Shown here: piece by piece, positions 1 through 13,482 of the stretch
Layout: every line of letters starts with the position of its first letter
How positions within the stretch are numbered: position 1 is the first letter of the stretch
NCBI GenBank assembly: GCA_024704765.1
Contig: JAKMXF010000122.1
Span: 457,068-521,067 of the forward strand
Length of the DNA: 64,000 nt
Direction of reading: 5' to 3'
From: Oopsacas minuta
Lineage: Eukaryota > Animalia > Porifera
Translations under genes and position numbers: made by a program
Notes under the pieces: generated by a model
Told to the model about the DNA's origin: nothing
Database searches by the model: none
The model's input: the letters and a program-made list of their open reading frames with translations, nothing else

Positions 1-2203
1 TGAACTTAGCCATTGGTGACATATTGCGATCTTTATCTCCGTCATCTACATCAAAATAACGACGGTTGGGCACTCGACCTCGCTTAAGGACTGTGTAGTA
101 CTGGTCATGTCCACACAAAATAATACCCCGCTTGTGAAAATGTTCAAATTCGGTTCTCCGAGTTTCAATAAATCCAACAAGGGACTCGAGTAACGATACC
201 ATGACATTGAGATCTAAAGTGCTTGACTGAAAGGAGAGATTAGTTTGATGGGAGCGCTCTAAAACTGTTTTCCAAAAACAAGAAGAATGACGAAATCGAA
301 TTCGCCAAGTTTTTTAAGTATCGAACTTGGTTCATTTCGACAGTCAACCTTCTGTTCAATATCAGACGCCAAAGATAGTAATAACTCACATAAAGCATTA
401 TATCCTTTGTGCGGGGCTTCCACTACTTCATATCTTGCGGACCACCGAGTATTAGAAAGCCGCTTGACTACAGACAAGCCTAGGAGCTTAAGCTTTTCGC
501 AAAGAAGTCGCCATCGACGTAGATGCTGAGAGTAAAGTGCATAAATTTTGTATAATGTCAAAGAATCTTACAACCTCTGGGCTACATTCAGCGGAACCTT
601 TCCCCACAAGATTGAGGGAATGAGCTGCACATGGTATAAATGTAGCATATTGACTCTGTTGTTTGATGATAGTTTGAACACCGATATATTTCCCACTCAT
701 ATTTGATGCATTATCATATGATTGGCCACGGCAATTATTAATATCGATTGCATTATTTTCTAGAAAGCTTAGTATCGTTTCCGCTATCACTTGTCCATTA
801 TGACCGATTATCATTAAAACTCAGAAATCATTCCTTTGGCACAGTCGGCAAGACATAGCGGACAATAAATGTCAGTTGATCTGAGAGTGTAACATCGGGC
901 GTCGAATCGATAGACTGAATAAAACTTGATTTTAGTCCTTCGATAATTGTTTCAAGAACCTTGCTACCCATTAGACTAATTAATTCCTCGTAAATAGTTG
1001 ATGACCAGTATGAAGTATGGCCCCTTCCTTTGTTAACGAATATAGTGATGTGTTGAGCAAGGAATGAATCGTATTTTCAAAGGGCCTCCATCACTCCTAG
1101 ATAATTACCATTACTTGGAGACCCAATGACTTCGTCTTACCCTCTTAACGGGAGACTCCGTTCGCAAAAAATGTTATTACAGATACTGCACGCTCTATCA
1201 CTTTGCGCCATACTGTCGTTGGTTTTCAAACTCCTGGATAATCTGACAATCCACCCCCAATACTTGTTTTTCTCGTGCACATTATTACCCTGGCTTCTCT
1301 ATGCTGATGGCTATCCTCATGGGACGAAATTCTCTCGTCAGCATGCTTCCAGTCATTAAAGCCTTGGGTGAATGAACTAGTTATTCGTGATAGGAGCTTA
1401 CAAGCGAAGCAGAATACTTTCTTGTCAAAGGATGAATTTGTGTGAAGGAAGACTTAGAGCAGTATCGGTGAGATCCTTCATTTCCATGAATCATGCCAGA
1501 ATTTGGGAAGTTATTACAATTGTTTCTACAATCTTCACTATCTTTTGCTATCCAACGATTTCGTATGTCTTCTGATGTATTGTCCCACAACCCACTGTCA
1601 TTCACAAGTTGTATTTCTTTCTCAGTTAAAGCGTGTTGCTCTCCTACAACCTCTGGAACTGGAATTCGTTTGAATAAAATACAAATGAATCGCCAAGAGG
1701 TACAAATGAAGATGTTGAAGTAGAAACCTCATAGTCTTCGGCTGGCAATTTTTGGGATTGTGATTGTAAGTTACAGAATATGTCTACTCTAAGAAATTTA
1801 GAGGTTTCTTGTTTCTGTTGCTCTTCGCGAAGGTGAGGTTCTTTTGTTTTGTTGCCCCCGACTTGTGAATAGGATGCATTACTGAGAAGTGGAGAATATA
1901 TTAAGACTCGAAAAATTCAATGCAAATGTAGATCAGGGCTAGGCTTGTTTCCTTTAAAGGTGTGCTGCCCATTAATTGTATCATTCTTATTGATTCACTG
2001 TTAAAAATTAATTAACCATGTCATTGTTATTACTTCACTGTTCAAAATCAATTAAGCAATCATAGCACATTGTTACTGATTCACTACTGAAACAATACAA
2101 TACAACAAATTTCTCAATAGAAATATTATAGCTCTGTATTGGGCCCCCCCTTTAGGCTCGGGCCCGCGCGACTGCCTCATCCGCCCCCCTTAATCCACTA
2201 CTG
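1..2203 (-). mobile_element. Degenerate hAT transposon (ZMYM1-like transposase), running off the left edge of the window
   Basis: Minus-strand fragments GQSYDNASNMSG, CAAHSLNL and SNTRWSAR are hAT catalytic-region motifs, broken by frameshifts. GC-rich terminus reads cagtagtggatta on the minus strand from 2203. Confidence 0.85.
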
Positions 2204-2299
2204 CTCCTACATAACCAAACCTGATGATTAGGAATAGTGAAAGAACACTCCTTTGCAACCTGAAATCAATCTGTTCGGGAGATTTCAGATGTAAAGTCA

Positions 2300-2850
2300 C
2301 AAAGGAGGTGTGAGAGTGTATGAGATTTGGAATTGCTACAATGAAACGATGTTGGAGGCGAAATAGAGAGGAGAAAGGTAATTTAAAAGGTAGTGGCAGA
2401 AAAATGAGGCTGGCAAAAAGAACGGAAAATAAAAATAACAAAAAGCTCGGGGTAAAGAAGACAATCATGCTGACAACATTATTCTAGGTTATCAAACATG
2501 GGCGGAGTGTGTCTCATAAGACAATTCGGAAATATTTAGCGGAACCCCTGCTCATCACTCTCGGCTGTCACAAAATTATTTGGAACACAATATTCATTCA
2601 TTTTGAGCTAAAGGTATATGGCTAAGGCAAATAGTCTTGATTTATCACCAATCGAAAATCTGTGGGCTCTAGTGAAAGATAAGCTCATATGGAAGCTGCA
2701 ACCCATGAAGAAACACTGATAACAAACGTCAAGATGCTTGGCCTCAGATATCACGAGATGTCATAGAACCTTTGATATCTGGGATGTAACAGCGAATTAA
2801 AAAAAGTTTGAAATTGAAAGTGGTAGGAAAATAGAGATTTCAGTTTGTAC
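2300..2850 (+). pseudogene. Highly decayed, internally deleted Tc1-like transposase fragment
   Basis: Interrupted readings GSGRKMRL, GRSVSHKTIRKYL and LSPIENLWALVKDKL. No TIRs found. Confidence 0.55.
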
Positions 2851-2949
2851 CACATGCATATATTCTTAAAGGGAATACCAAAGGGATCATCAATTAATTG
2901 AAATCTTTGTTTACTATATTTAAGTAAAATAACAATTAACTTGCATATG

Positions 2950-3450
2950 GAACAGCCTAGTACGATTATTCAAAGGGCATATATTCGGGGATACATATCT
3001 TGTAAATGATCAATCTTGAATTTGAAAAATCGATTTGCAAAAAGGTTTCGATTATAAAGGAGCTGACAAGAGGCAATAACTCTATTTAACGAAGGAATAT
3101 TTCGAACAACATTTTCAGTCAATTGTTACTTGTTAATTGACCAGAAAATCAAATCCAAGGTTCACAAGTCCCCTTGTTCAGAGTAATAATTACAGGTAAG
3201 ATTAGGTCTTACTAAGCTGGTTATGTCTAAGAGAGCATTGCTAATAACATCTATTAAGTGTGGGGCCGCTGCATTAGGTCGAATGTTGTCGATAGATTGA
3301 TATAGAAAGGGATATATAGAAACGAGGACTTGATAGGACAACCTATTGTATTAATTATAAGCAGTATCATTGGGAGGGGATTAGGGATTTTGTTCACTAG
3401 CTTATGGGTCTGGAAGTTTTCATTTGTACTCGTTATTAAACTACCTAGGG
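2950..3450 (-). pseudogene. Possible Penelope-like reverse transcriptase remnant
   Basis: Frameshifted minus-strand readings KIPNPLP..IINTIGCP, LLDITSL and FTRYV resemble, in the right order, the Penelope RT motifs PLRPIISTIGSP, SFDVTSL and RYVDD. Confidence 0.35.
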
Positions 3451-4564
3451 GCGGGGATGGGAGTCCATGCTAAAATTGTGTTTGGATGGACTTTCGTTGG
3501 ATTAATTATTCGAAAAGTTTAGAAAATGGCGGATCGCTGGATTTTTTGCGTATAACACGTTTATGCAGGAAATTAGAAATTTAAGGAGGAAGCGTTATGT
3601 GTTTCTCAAAATATGAATTGGCCTTAAAAAAGAAATATTCATAGCTAAAATACATTCGCTCTATCGACAACATAACCAAAATAGAATTCGATCTAATGCA
3701 TGCTCCCCGTAAGTGTTAATACTGTACAGGGTGCCTCAAAGTTCTGCAACAAATTTTTACGTCAATTTTGTATATTAACCTTAATTCAAATGCTGTGAAA
3801 TTCATACTATGAACAAGGCTATAAAATATATTCAATATACTGTGACAGTTCAATTCTAGTCTATTGTTATGTCTGGCATATCTGAACTACAACAGAAGAG
3901 GTCTGGTATTATTCACGAATTTCTAAATGGTAAGAAGCAGAATCAAATTCTAGAAGCTCTTGATTCCCCGAAATTTTCACCATTGTTGATATCCCGCACG
4001 ATAAAACGATATATTGAGACAGGCTGAATCGTAGATAAGTACCGATCAGGTCGGCCAAGAACAATTTGGACTCATGCTAGCAAGAAAAAGGTTCGTCAGA
4101 TTTTAACTCGTCGGCCCATGATGTCCCACCGATAAGTCACTGCAAAGGTCGGAATAGATAAGGAATCTGCTAGACGAATAATCAAGAAATACTTGGGTAT
4201 AAAATGCTTCAAACGAAGTAGGGCAGAGTCTCTTAATGGCCAGGTAATTAAAAAGAGAATCCAAAGATGTCGTAGACCAGCGTTTCTTAATCTGGGGTCC
4301 TAGCACCCTGGGGGTGCTGAAATCGATTTTAGGGGGTGCTGGATAAGGATTCCACTATCTGCTGTACGATGTTTTTGTTTAGATCCTAGATAACATTTCG
4401 GGCTGGCGATGCTTCAGGATAAATATCGAAACATTCAGCTGTCTTTACTAAATATAGTAATGCCTGGCTATAAATTAGTTGTATTTAACCTATATTCCTT
4501 TCTGTGTTACTTACTTGTGTTCTTTTCTGTCACAGATTTGTGATAGGGAATAATTATACTGGTG

Positions 4565-4686
4565 TGGAATCCAGTTCCAGGAACTGAACCTCCATATAAG
4601 GAATTCGGTATTTAAAACGAACCCATAAGCTAAAAATAAACTGTGCGTAAAGTACAACCGGTTCAGTTCCATGGAACTGGATTCCA
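4565..4686. repeat. Small hairpin element with about 27-bp inverted arms
   Basis: tggaatccagttccaggaactgaacc ... ggttcagttccatggaactggattcca. Each arm contains its own internal palindrome. Confidence 0.75.
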
Positions 4687-4808
4687 TATAAAGATTTTTG
4701 TGATTTAGGTATCAGTAAATTCTCAAATGTCAAAAATGCACAAGTGGAGTGGTGAATATGTCAAATATGGTTCCTCTGCCCTCCTGAATAATCGTGGAGG
4801 TATGTTCG

Positions 4809-5285
4809 CAGGGCCGTAGCCAGAGCGTAGTTTAGGAGGGGCTAAGTAAACTTTAGGGGGGGGGCTTGGATACTTAAGATTTTTATGTCTATTTTTTGGG
4901 GTAGGCCCATACCCAAACTCCCAAGCTACTTTGGGGGAAGGTAAAATTACTTAGTTCATAAATATTCAAACCACTATGGCATTCTATAGTTTCGCTTAGT
5001 AATCGTAAAATGTACTCAAACTGGAAGGAATATATGTTGTGGTCATATAAAAATAAAAAATATGATTTCAATGGTCACTGTAAAAGCATCCATATAATTA
5101 AGTATATTTACTAGCAAGAGGAATTATATAAGTAAAATGTATAGCCAATTTGACATATTCACAAAGATTTCCTTGATTTAACTAATATTTAAGATCTAAG
5201 ATAGTAAGGTTCAATGAGGCTTAGCAAAAATTACGGGGTGGTTAAATCTGCTAGGGGGGCTCAGCCCCCCCTAGCTACGGCCCTG
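4809..5285. mobile_element. hAT MITE nested in the Charlie-type element
   Basis: TIR cagggccgtagc / gctacggccctg. Exact 8-bp TSD TATGTTCG at 4801-4808 and 5286-5293. Confidence 0.93.
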
Positions 5286-6229
5286 TATGTTCGTGATATC
5301 TAAAGTTACATTTTCTTTCTGATTGAGTGGATTTTTAATGGAGTAATTTAGGTAAATACATCAATTATGAAACAGTGCATTACTTGTCCTATTTCATCGT
5401 TGTTACAGTTACAGAGGGTGCTGAGGTAGGAAAAGGTTAAGAAACGCTGTCGTAGACTGCTGGATCGACTAAAAAATGTCAACAGTGATTCATTTGTATT
5501 TTCGGATGAGAAGATCTTCTGTAATGAGGAGAAGTGGAACTCTCAAAATTTGCGGGTACATTCTTTAACACGTAATGACATCCCAGAAACTTAAGAAGTG
5601 TCCAGAAATCACAGCACCTCAAAAGTATTATGGCTCGGGCAGGAATTACAGTTTTGTGAAAACTCCTTTAATATTCATACCCAAAGGTACAAAAATTAAT
5701 GCTCAGGTATACAAAGATCTTATACTAGAGAAACATATCTTAGCAATTGGTTTGGCCTTCCTGAAAAACAAGGCATGGCTATTTCAACAGGATGGCGCAC
5801 CGGCTTATACCGCTAAAATATCTCAACATTGGTTGTCAAGTGAGATCCCAAGGTTTTTGAACCTTGACGAATGGCCCCTTCAAGTCCTGACCTAAACCCT
5901 TGTGATTATTATTTGTGGGGAAGGCTAGAGACATTAGTAAACAATAGATTCCACAATAGTATTCCAGCACTAAAACGAGCGTTAAAGAAAGCTTGGTGGG
6001 AATTCGATGAGGATAAAGTCTCTTGGGCCTGCAAATTATTTCGTCCAGACTTAAAGATTGTCTGAAGGCGGGAGGGAATAGATTTGAAAACAAGTAAAGC
6101 CAATATATTTTCGTATATGATAGTTAGACATAATAACATTTTCTTAACAAAATATTAGTCCGGTTATATGATTTACATGCACAAGAATTACATTTAAATT
6201 TTGTTGCAGAACTTTTGAGGCACCTTGTA

Positions 6230-7751
6230 AGTAAAGCGTAGATGAATCTTCATTTCATTTCATCATGGGCAACCTAGATATATCGTCACTTGAATTCGTG
6301 TTACGAGACGACAGGCTTCTCACGCGTGGCCATCATCTGCCTCTGATTTAACAGTGTATATCAATGTAAAGAGTGATTTCAGTAATCTAAATTATTAAAT
6401 GTCAATTGTGTTTGTCTGCAAATTTGTTGTCCGTTGTCAAGGAAAGGATAAACGGTATACAACTTTGCAATTGTTGGATAAATATTCTTCATCGTGTTTA
6501 TCAAGGAAGTGATTGGATTTCAATAAAACTTCACTAAATATATCGACTATGCCGAATCCGATTTTCACACTTTGAATAATCTTATGTAAATTTATTGTTG
6601 TTTTACGAATAAAAAGGAAACAAACTAGCAAAATATCAATATTTACGTAGATATAAGCTCTTAACTCTTCAAAAGGGGTTAATCCCAAAATAATTCAATA
6701 AGATATATGCCATATACATATATCTATATTTTAATATTCATAGTGGCAGTCAATTTAGAGAATAATGGGTATTTCGAGGAGCAATGCGCCGAGTTTATGG
6801 TGGAGCGACGAGCCAAATACGTTTTGTATTGAAATTGGAAACTCTGAAGGAAATAGCGTATATTTCTTTAATACATCTGAAGATTAGTTGTGGGTAGATA
6901 CCGCAAGGTTTTATGGTTATCTAAGCTTAAAATTTTTGGACTTTTGTAATACTTGGATGCGTGTTTCATTGATGAGTGTTATCACTGCATTAACGTTATC
7001 ACAAAGGCTTATAACAATTGCGTAGTTGAGTGTTGTCCACCATTAGTTTTATTATGCTGGTCTTAGTTTAGTTTACTAAATGTTTGGTAAAAATATCGTC
7101 GAGTTGAGTGGAGATTTAAGATTTAATTAGTTAGATATTGAAGCAAAGAAAGGAAAATGATACTAATGGCATCACCAGTTCACAAATAGTGAATTCTGAA
7201 TACCTTGTTCGTGTTGATGGTAACGAACAAATTTCTTTCCCCAAATTCACAATCGTATACATAATGTAAAGAGTGCACAAGTTGTGAAAACAATGTTGGA
7301 GGTCAGCTCTAGAGTTGAGATTGAGATCGAAAGTTGTGAATCTGGAGAATTTTATTTCGAGATTATAGAATTGGATAGTTAGTGCATTACAGATTCAAAA
7401 GTAAAATGTCATTAGTCAGTAATTGGACGAATGGATTTTCTCCTAAGTTCATGATGTAATAATATGTATGATCCGAAGTTTGACTATTTATCGGCTGAAA
7501 AAGTTTGATAGCAGCAAGATAAACAGTCTTTTCATTTTAGCTAGAGCAGAATGAATTTTCCTATATTGTAGAGTATAGGTATTGTAGAATGAAGAAGAGA
7601 AGTATTTGAATGATCGTCTAGTGCCAAAGTGATAATCAGAAGGATCTCTTTCAATTCATCATACAGATGAGTACGGGTGCTTATAGTCGAAATTTATGTT
7701 GTAGCGAGCGCAGAAAAATGAGAGGGATGTTCGATAATTATCATGAAATAT
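6230..7751 (+). pseudogene. 5' part of a decayed MULE (NOF-like) transposase gene
   Basis: Collinear with 45200-46380 on the opposite strand. Readings LWVDTA, NWTNGF..KF, FILARAE.IFLYC and TGAYS..CSERR. Confidence 0.55.
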
Positions 7752-8653
7752 GAGAGTGAAGTTAACCAAGTTTTCGACCATGTAAACTTCAATTACGAAC
7801 TTTACTCACTTGAACACCTGATTTAAACGTAATTGGTATAATTCGATAGAGGAGTGTTGGACGTGTTCTGCAATATAAAATATTCTCAAAATTTTAGTCT
7901 TTACTCACTATATTGTAATACTGGGTAAGTGTACAACTTCATTGAAAATTACGGTCTAAAATTTTCTGAAATTCCTTTCCTCTATTTAAGAGAAATGGAA
8001 ATTATGTCAAATAAATTGAATTCCAAAATTCAACACGTGGGGCAATCAGATTTCAAGGTTGAGGTTGGAATCGAGAGTTGAGGGGGATGGATTAGATTAA
8101 ACATAGAGTAGGGTCAGTTCAAACGGTTGTTTCTTTATCTTAATCACACTGAATCTTAATTATTGTAATGCTAATCAATAGTTGACATGTAAAGGTTACT
8201 AACGATATCAATATTATCGTGAAATACCAAAAATTATCACCCACAACAGCATTCTAAAATTCATTAATTCAGGTTTTATGTCTTACGAACTCTATCTTAG
8301 AAGTCACTTCTTGAACTTATTACCACCAGAATCACCTCAAACTTTATTGAGACCTTCTATCGTATTCTATAATTCAATTTCTTAAAGACAAACAGGTCAT
8401 TTGTAAAAGTTCTTGCTTAGCAGTTTTATTTGCTTGGAGTCGGACAAAAAGCAAAAAATGTCCCCATCCAAAATTTAACATTTTATAACTTTCTAAATGA
8501 AGTGAATTTCATTTTGGAACTATAAGACATCGGTTGTTGTAATATATGCAAACATTCTTGGAAAATTTCAGCTCAATTATACCAGCTCTTGCTTCCTAGT
8601 TATTTGCTTTAAACAGCATATGTGATTAATGCAATCCCTCCCAAACTATACTA

Positions 8654-9940
8654 CAAGGGTTGTTCAATAAATAATGAGATTTTTTTTCAAAATTTATATA
8701 GTAAACCTACACTTATCATAATTGATTATCAAATGTTTCGAAAAATTCCCCCTTTAACATCGTTTCCATCGTTCTGGTAACTTTTCCAGCCCAGTGGTAT
8801 AGAATTATTTAGGGTCCTTTGTTCCCATTGTTGCATTTCGTAATTCAGCCATTGAAATCCCCAAATCTCTTCCCTGGAAGATGTCTCTTCATCTCTCCAA
8901 ACAGCCAGTAGTCGCTGGGAGCCAGGTCTGGACAATACAGGGGATGAGGGAGGCATTCGAATCCTAAGTCATCAATTGCAGCCATTGTCTTGGAGCTTAC
9001 ATGGGGAATTGCATTGTCATGTTGCAGCAATACGCCACGTGTCAACTTGCCTCACCTCTCACGATTAATCGCTTGACGCAATTCTTTCAATTCGTCAACG
9101 TAATAATCAATGGTTATGGTTGTGTTCTCAGGCAACCAGTTGAGGTGTATAATTTCTTCCCTCTCCCAAACATTGTTGTCATTCTCTTCCCTGCTGATAT
9201 TGCGGCGTTTACTTTGATGGGTAGAGGTTCATCACGTCTCTTCCACTGCTTCGATTGAGTTTTGCTCTCGGGTTCATAATAATGAAACCAAGTTTCATTG
9301 CCCGTTACTATACGATCCAAAAAGTCTTCCTCTGCCTTGCATCTTGAAAGTAATTCTTTGCTAACTCTGACCCTTTCGCGTTTTTGTTCTTTTGAAACAA
9401 GTTTTGGGATCCAACGCGCCCGCAGTTACCTTGGACATTTCCAGATTTTCAGTGATCATCGAATGTAGTGTGGCTTTTGATATACCTACTCTCTTCCAAC
9501 TCTCGCAGGGTTATTAATCTGTCCTCGTCCAAAATTGTTTGGACCCTCTCGATATTACTGCGAGTTTTTGAGGAAGTCGGGCGACCTGAACGGGGTGGAT
9601 CGTGGAGGTCTTCATCGCCATTATCAAAACGTTCGACCCATCTATATATGGTGGCTTTCGAAGGACATCCATCACCGAAAATATCCTGCATTTCACCAAG
9701 AATGTATGAGCCAGTCTTCTCCTTTTCCCGCAGGTACCAAACTATTTGTCGTTTTCTTATATGCAAAAATCCATTAGTTGAAAAGAGTGGCCTATACAAA
9801 AGAAACTTTATACTGGAGAATATCCTAGTAGAGTAAAGAGTATATTGTATCGAAGTTAGACAATCAAGTTAGGCTTAGTGCTGTATTAACTAGAATATGA
9901 ATTTGATACATTATTCTTATTACTTATTGAACAACCCTTG
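8654..9940 (-). mobile_element. Degenerate mariner (DD34D), family 'M', copy 1
   Basis: TA-flanked TIR caagggttgttcaataa. Motifs IVTGNETW and QHDNAIPH...PDLAPSD, with 34 residues between the Ds. Frameshifts. Confidence 0.93.
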
Positions 9941-10089
9941 TATACTGTAATTTAGTATATTTTGAATTCGTGGTGAATTCAAATTAAGAAAATTAGTATA
10001 ATGGAATCCTGTATCATATTTGAGTCAATTTCCTTATAAGTATGAGTAAGCACTATTAAGACAGGCATAAAGTGAATTAACTGCGAAGG

Positions 10090-11275
10090 ACACAGTTACT
10101 CAATATATCCGCCTTTGTTTTGATTAACTTTTGATAATCTACCAGGTAGTGTCTCTACAGCTGCACGGAGTACATCTTGTGGTAGCTTCTCCCATTCCTC
10201 TTTCAATTTTCGCTTTAAAGCCTAGGCACATTGTGAGAGTTTGTGCCAACTCTAGTTTCAAGAATAAGCCATATGGAATAGTCCGTTGGGTTGAAGTTAG
10301 GGCTATTTGGTGGCCATTGTAAATCGTGGAACATTCTTATGGAGCCAGCTTTGAGTAATATTTGATGTGTGGACTGCTGCCCAATCTTATTGGAAAATAT
10401 ACTGGTCACCATTATAGATGTTTCCACTAAGGTTCTTCATTACGGGCTCTAAAATTAGGCTACAGTACGTATGTCGTGGAGTTAATTTTCAACCCTGATG
10501 GAACAAATATCAGAGGCGTCCGACCCACTGCCAATATGCCGGTCCAAACCATTACTGAGAGTTGCTTTCGGACTCAAGGAACGTACTTTAGTGCAGGATC
10601 AACAATAGAAGCCTTATGAGATATGATCCTATCGTTCTGAGGGTTCAACACCTCCTCAATTGTGAAAATCTTTTCATCAAAGAATACAATCTTTCCAAGA
10701 ACTTGGGTAACGTGCCTACGGAGTTGTCCCTTGTATCTCTCTAGCCTCTTCGACTTTATCTGTCCAGTTAGGAAGTGAAATTTTCCTTCTTTTGAATGAA
10801 TACATTACAAGTCGACTTTTACAACTTTCCGGACCGAAGACATGGAGATTTAAGATCCATAGCCATTCTTCTCAGCGAACGCCGGGGATTCCTACGAATG
10901 CGTCCACGACGACCTTTCGGAGTGCCGGAATTGTCACTGAACATGGCCAACCACTTCTCGCCCAGTCTACAACACATCCAGTTTCCACGTATCTACGAAT
11001 AGTATGGTAGATTAACTTTCGCCTACTATTAGGTAAATTTGGAGCCTCAAAATTTCTTCCTGAGTCTCCCCATAGTTTAATTATTCAATAATAGCTGACC
11101 TTTCCAGTTCCATCGAATGGAAATCAATAGAACTTCAACAATAAATGTAGTATGAGAAATAGTAATAATTAGACGATATAGTAATGTAAATATCAAAATA
11201 TGACTAAGGACAATCAAATTAGTAGAAAAAATACAACATCTTAATTCTATGGGACAGGACTTAAAACGCACCCTA
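10090..11275 (-). mobile_element. Degenerate, internally deleted maT related to the 33195 element
   Basis: MELERSAIIE.. start, FFDEKIFT, WPPNSPNFNPTDY and KGGYIE end. A 5' TIR-like sequence tagggtgcgttttaagtcc ends at 11275; 3' TIR not seen. Confidence 0.8.
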
Positions 11276-11924
11276 TACAATAGAATTAACCAGAGACATA
11301 AACATTCACAATGTATAGGCTTACAAGATAACAACGATAGTCTATGCAGCAGCTACAGTATTGTAAAGACAAAAGAAATTAAGAAATAATACATACTATA
11401 AAAATTAGAAAGTCATAAAAACTACTAGCGACTCTATGTTTTTCTAGAAATTCTATCATAGAATACGATAGAAGGTGTCAGTAAAGTTTGAGGTGATTCT
11501 GGTGGTAAATAATTTCGACAATTGACTTCAAAGTTGGAGATCGTAACACACAAAAACGGTGAATTTAATGATTTTTAGATTGCTGTAGTGGATGAAAAAT
11601 TTCAGGTATTTCAGGATCATAGTAATATCGTTAGAAACGTGCACATCTCAACTATCGATCGGCATTAAAATATTTTGGATTCAGTATAGTGAAGGTAAAG
11701 AAACAACAGTTTGAACTGGCACTACTTTCTGTATAATCTAATCCATCTCCTCAAATCTCACTTCCAACTTCAACTTTTAAAACTGATAATCAGGGAGTTA
11801 TAGGTATTTGGGAATCAAATTTAATCTAGATAAACGTCCATATCTCCTATATAGGATAGGAATTTCAGAATCGAATTCGAAATGTTAGACAGTATTTCCA
11901 ATGAAGTTGTATACATACCTACAA

Positions 11925-13283
11925 CAGTGTGTCAAGATGAAATTGAGACTATGTTTTGACCTAAGTTTCTAAAGGATAATCATCATAAGCCTCGAAATAC
12001 GAGTTGATTTATTAAAACGTGTCTATAGACTAATATTTGATCCTAAAGCCATTACTCTGGATCATTAACTTCTGACGTTTTGGCATAGATTACCAATAAG
12101 GTTTCAAAAATTCAGGTTCTATAGAATCCCAAATAGAGAGAAGGGTTCTTCAAGTCCACTAAGATTACGAGGAGGGTTCAAATCGATCTGATGTTTGGTC
12201 CAAGCCCACAAATTTTCGACCGGGTTTAGATTTGGGCTACAAGCAGGCCATTCCATACGAAATATATCATGACTTTCACGGAAAGTCTTAGCAACCTTTG
12301 ACATGTGTTTTGGATCGTTGTCTTCCTGAAAGACCCAGCCGTCAGGGTACAATACCTGAGCTTGTGTAATCAGACACTCGTTTAGGATGTTCGTATATAA
12401 TTCTCCGGTGAGGTTCTGCCTAAAAACCTTCAACGGAAAGGTCTCATGAGCAGAAATTGCTCCCCAAACATGTAATTTTGGACTATGTTTGTTGCTTTGC
12501 TTGACCGCTAGTTGGTCTCCTTTGCACCACAGCCTTATTCTGCCACCAGTAGCCAAATTGACATCTCATCGCTAAAAACAACTCGCTCCCAGTCAGTTTG
12601 TTTGTTATTCTTAGCCCACAATATTCTTTGTTGTTTGTGTCGATCCGTTAGCATAGGAATATTCCTTGCAACCTTGTGGATGTACCCTTTCCTCTGTAAT
12701 TCCTTCCTGACCGTCTCATGGGATAAACTTTTCTGACGAAAATGATTGAATCGACTGGCCAAATTTCGTATGGACATCTTGCGATTCTGATTTGCCAAGC
12801 TTACAAGAGATCTAGCATCGTTCACATGTAGTATTCTCTGTTTTCCGGTTCCATATTTCCTCTGTATATCACCGCCCTGACGAAACTTGGCTAATATGCG
12901 GAAAGCAGTGCTCCTCGGGATGTTGTTCGCTGATGTATTTCGCTACCACTTGTAACCACTGCATCGAATAATTTGCGGATGAGGTCTCTTCGTTCTAACT
13001 CCACCATGTTGATTTTGTATTTCGACACAAAAGACAAATATGAGCCAAAAACTGATATTGGAGCGGTCTATAGGAATATAGCAGATATTTTCGGGAATGT
13101 GTATTCTAAGTGACAGACTGATAGGTTATTCGTATATTCTAGAATCAATTAACTATGGTAACTTGATATACATGTATAAATGAATCAGAGAACATATGCG
13201 TTTCATATCTAACCATCGCAAATGAAGGAATTCTGAAAATATACACAATGACACGAAAGTCTGAATTTCATCTTGACAGACTG
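11925..13283 (-). mobile_element. Degenerate Tc1 (DD34E) inserted in an F arm
   Basis: TIR cagtgtgtcaagatgaaatt / aatttcatcttgacagactg with TA on the right. VFSDEMS and EDNDPKH...NLNPVE (34 spacing). Confidence 0.92.
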
Positions 13284-13482
13284 TATGACCAAAAAATGAG
13301 TAAAAAGAAAATTTAAAAGTTAAATTTATTTAAAGTATTAAAATTTAAATTATTTATATTGCCTAAAACATCAAACACTCTTCTATCGAATGATACCAAT
13401 TACGTATAAATCAGAGGAGTACAAGTGAGTAAAATTGGTGATTGAAGTTTAACTGTTCGAATACTATGCTAACTTCACAATC

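Larger units (their letters stand above)
4278..5449. mobile_element. hAT (Charlie-type) non-autonomous element inside the maT
   Basis: TIR cagcgtttcttaa / ttaagaaacgctg. Exact 8-bp TSD TCGTAGAC at 4270-4277 and 5450-5457. Confidence 0.92.
3727..6227 (+). mobile_element. Degenerate maT (DD37D) Tc1/mariner element carrying nested insertions
   Basis: TA-flanked TIRs cagggtgcctcaaagttctgcaacaaa / tttgttgcagaacttttgaggcaccttg. Transposase pieces FSDEK, FQQDGAPA and SSPDLNPCDY; frameshifted. Confidence 0.9.
7752..13482. mobile_element. Foldback-type element with long inverted arms ('F' family), inserted in the NOF-like relic
   Basis: Arm at about 7752-8400 is the inverse of the arm at about 11330-13482 (the latter split by a Tc1). 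Shared terminus gagagtgaag / cttcacaatc. No TSD recovered. Confidence 0.6.
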
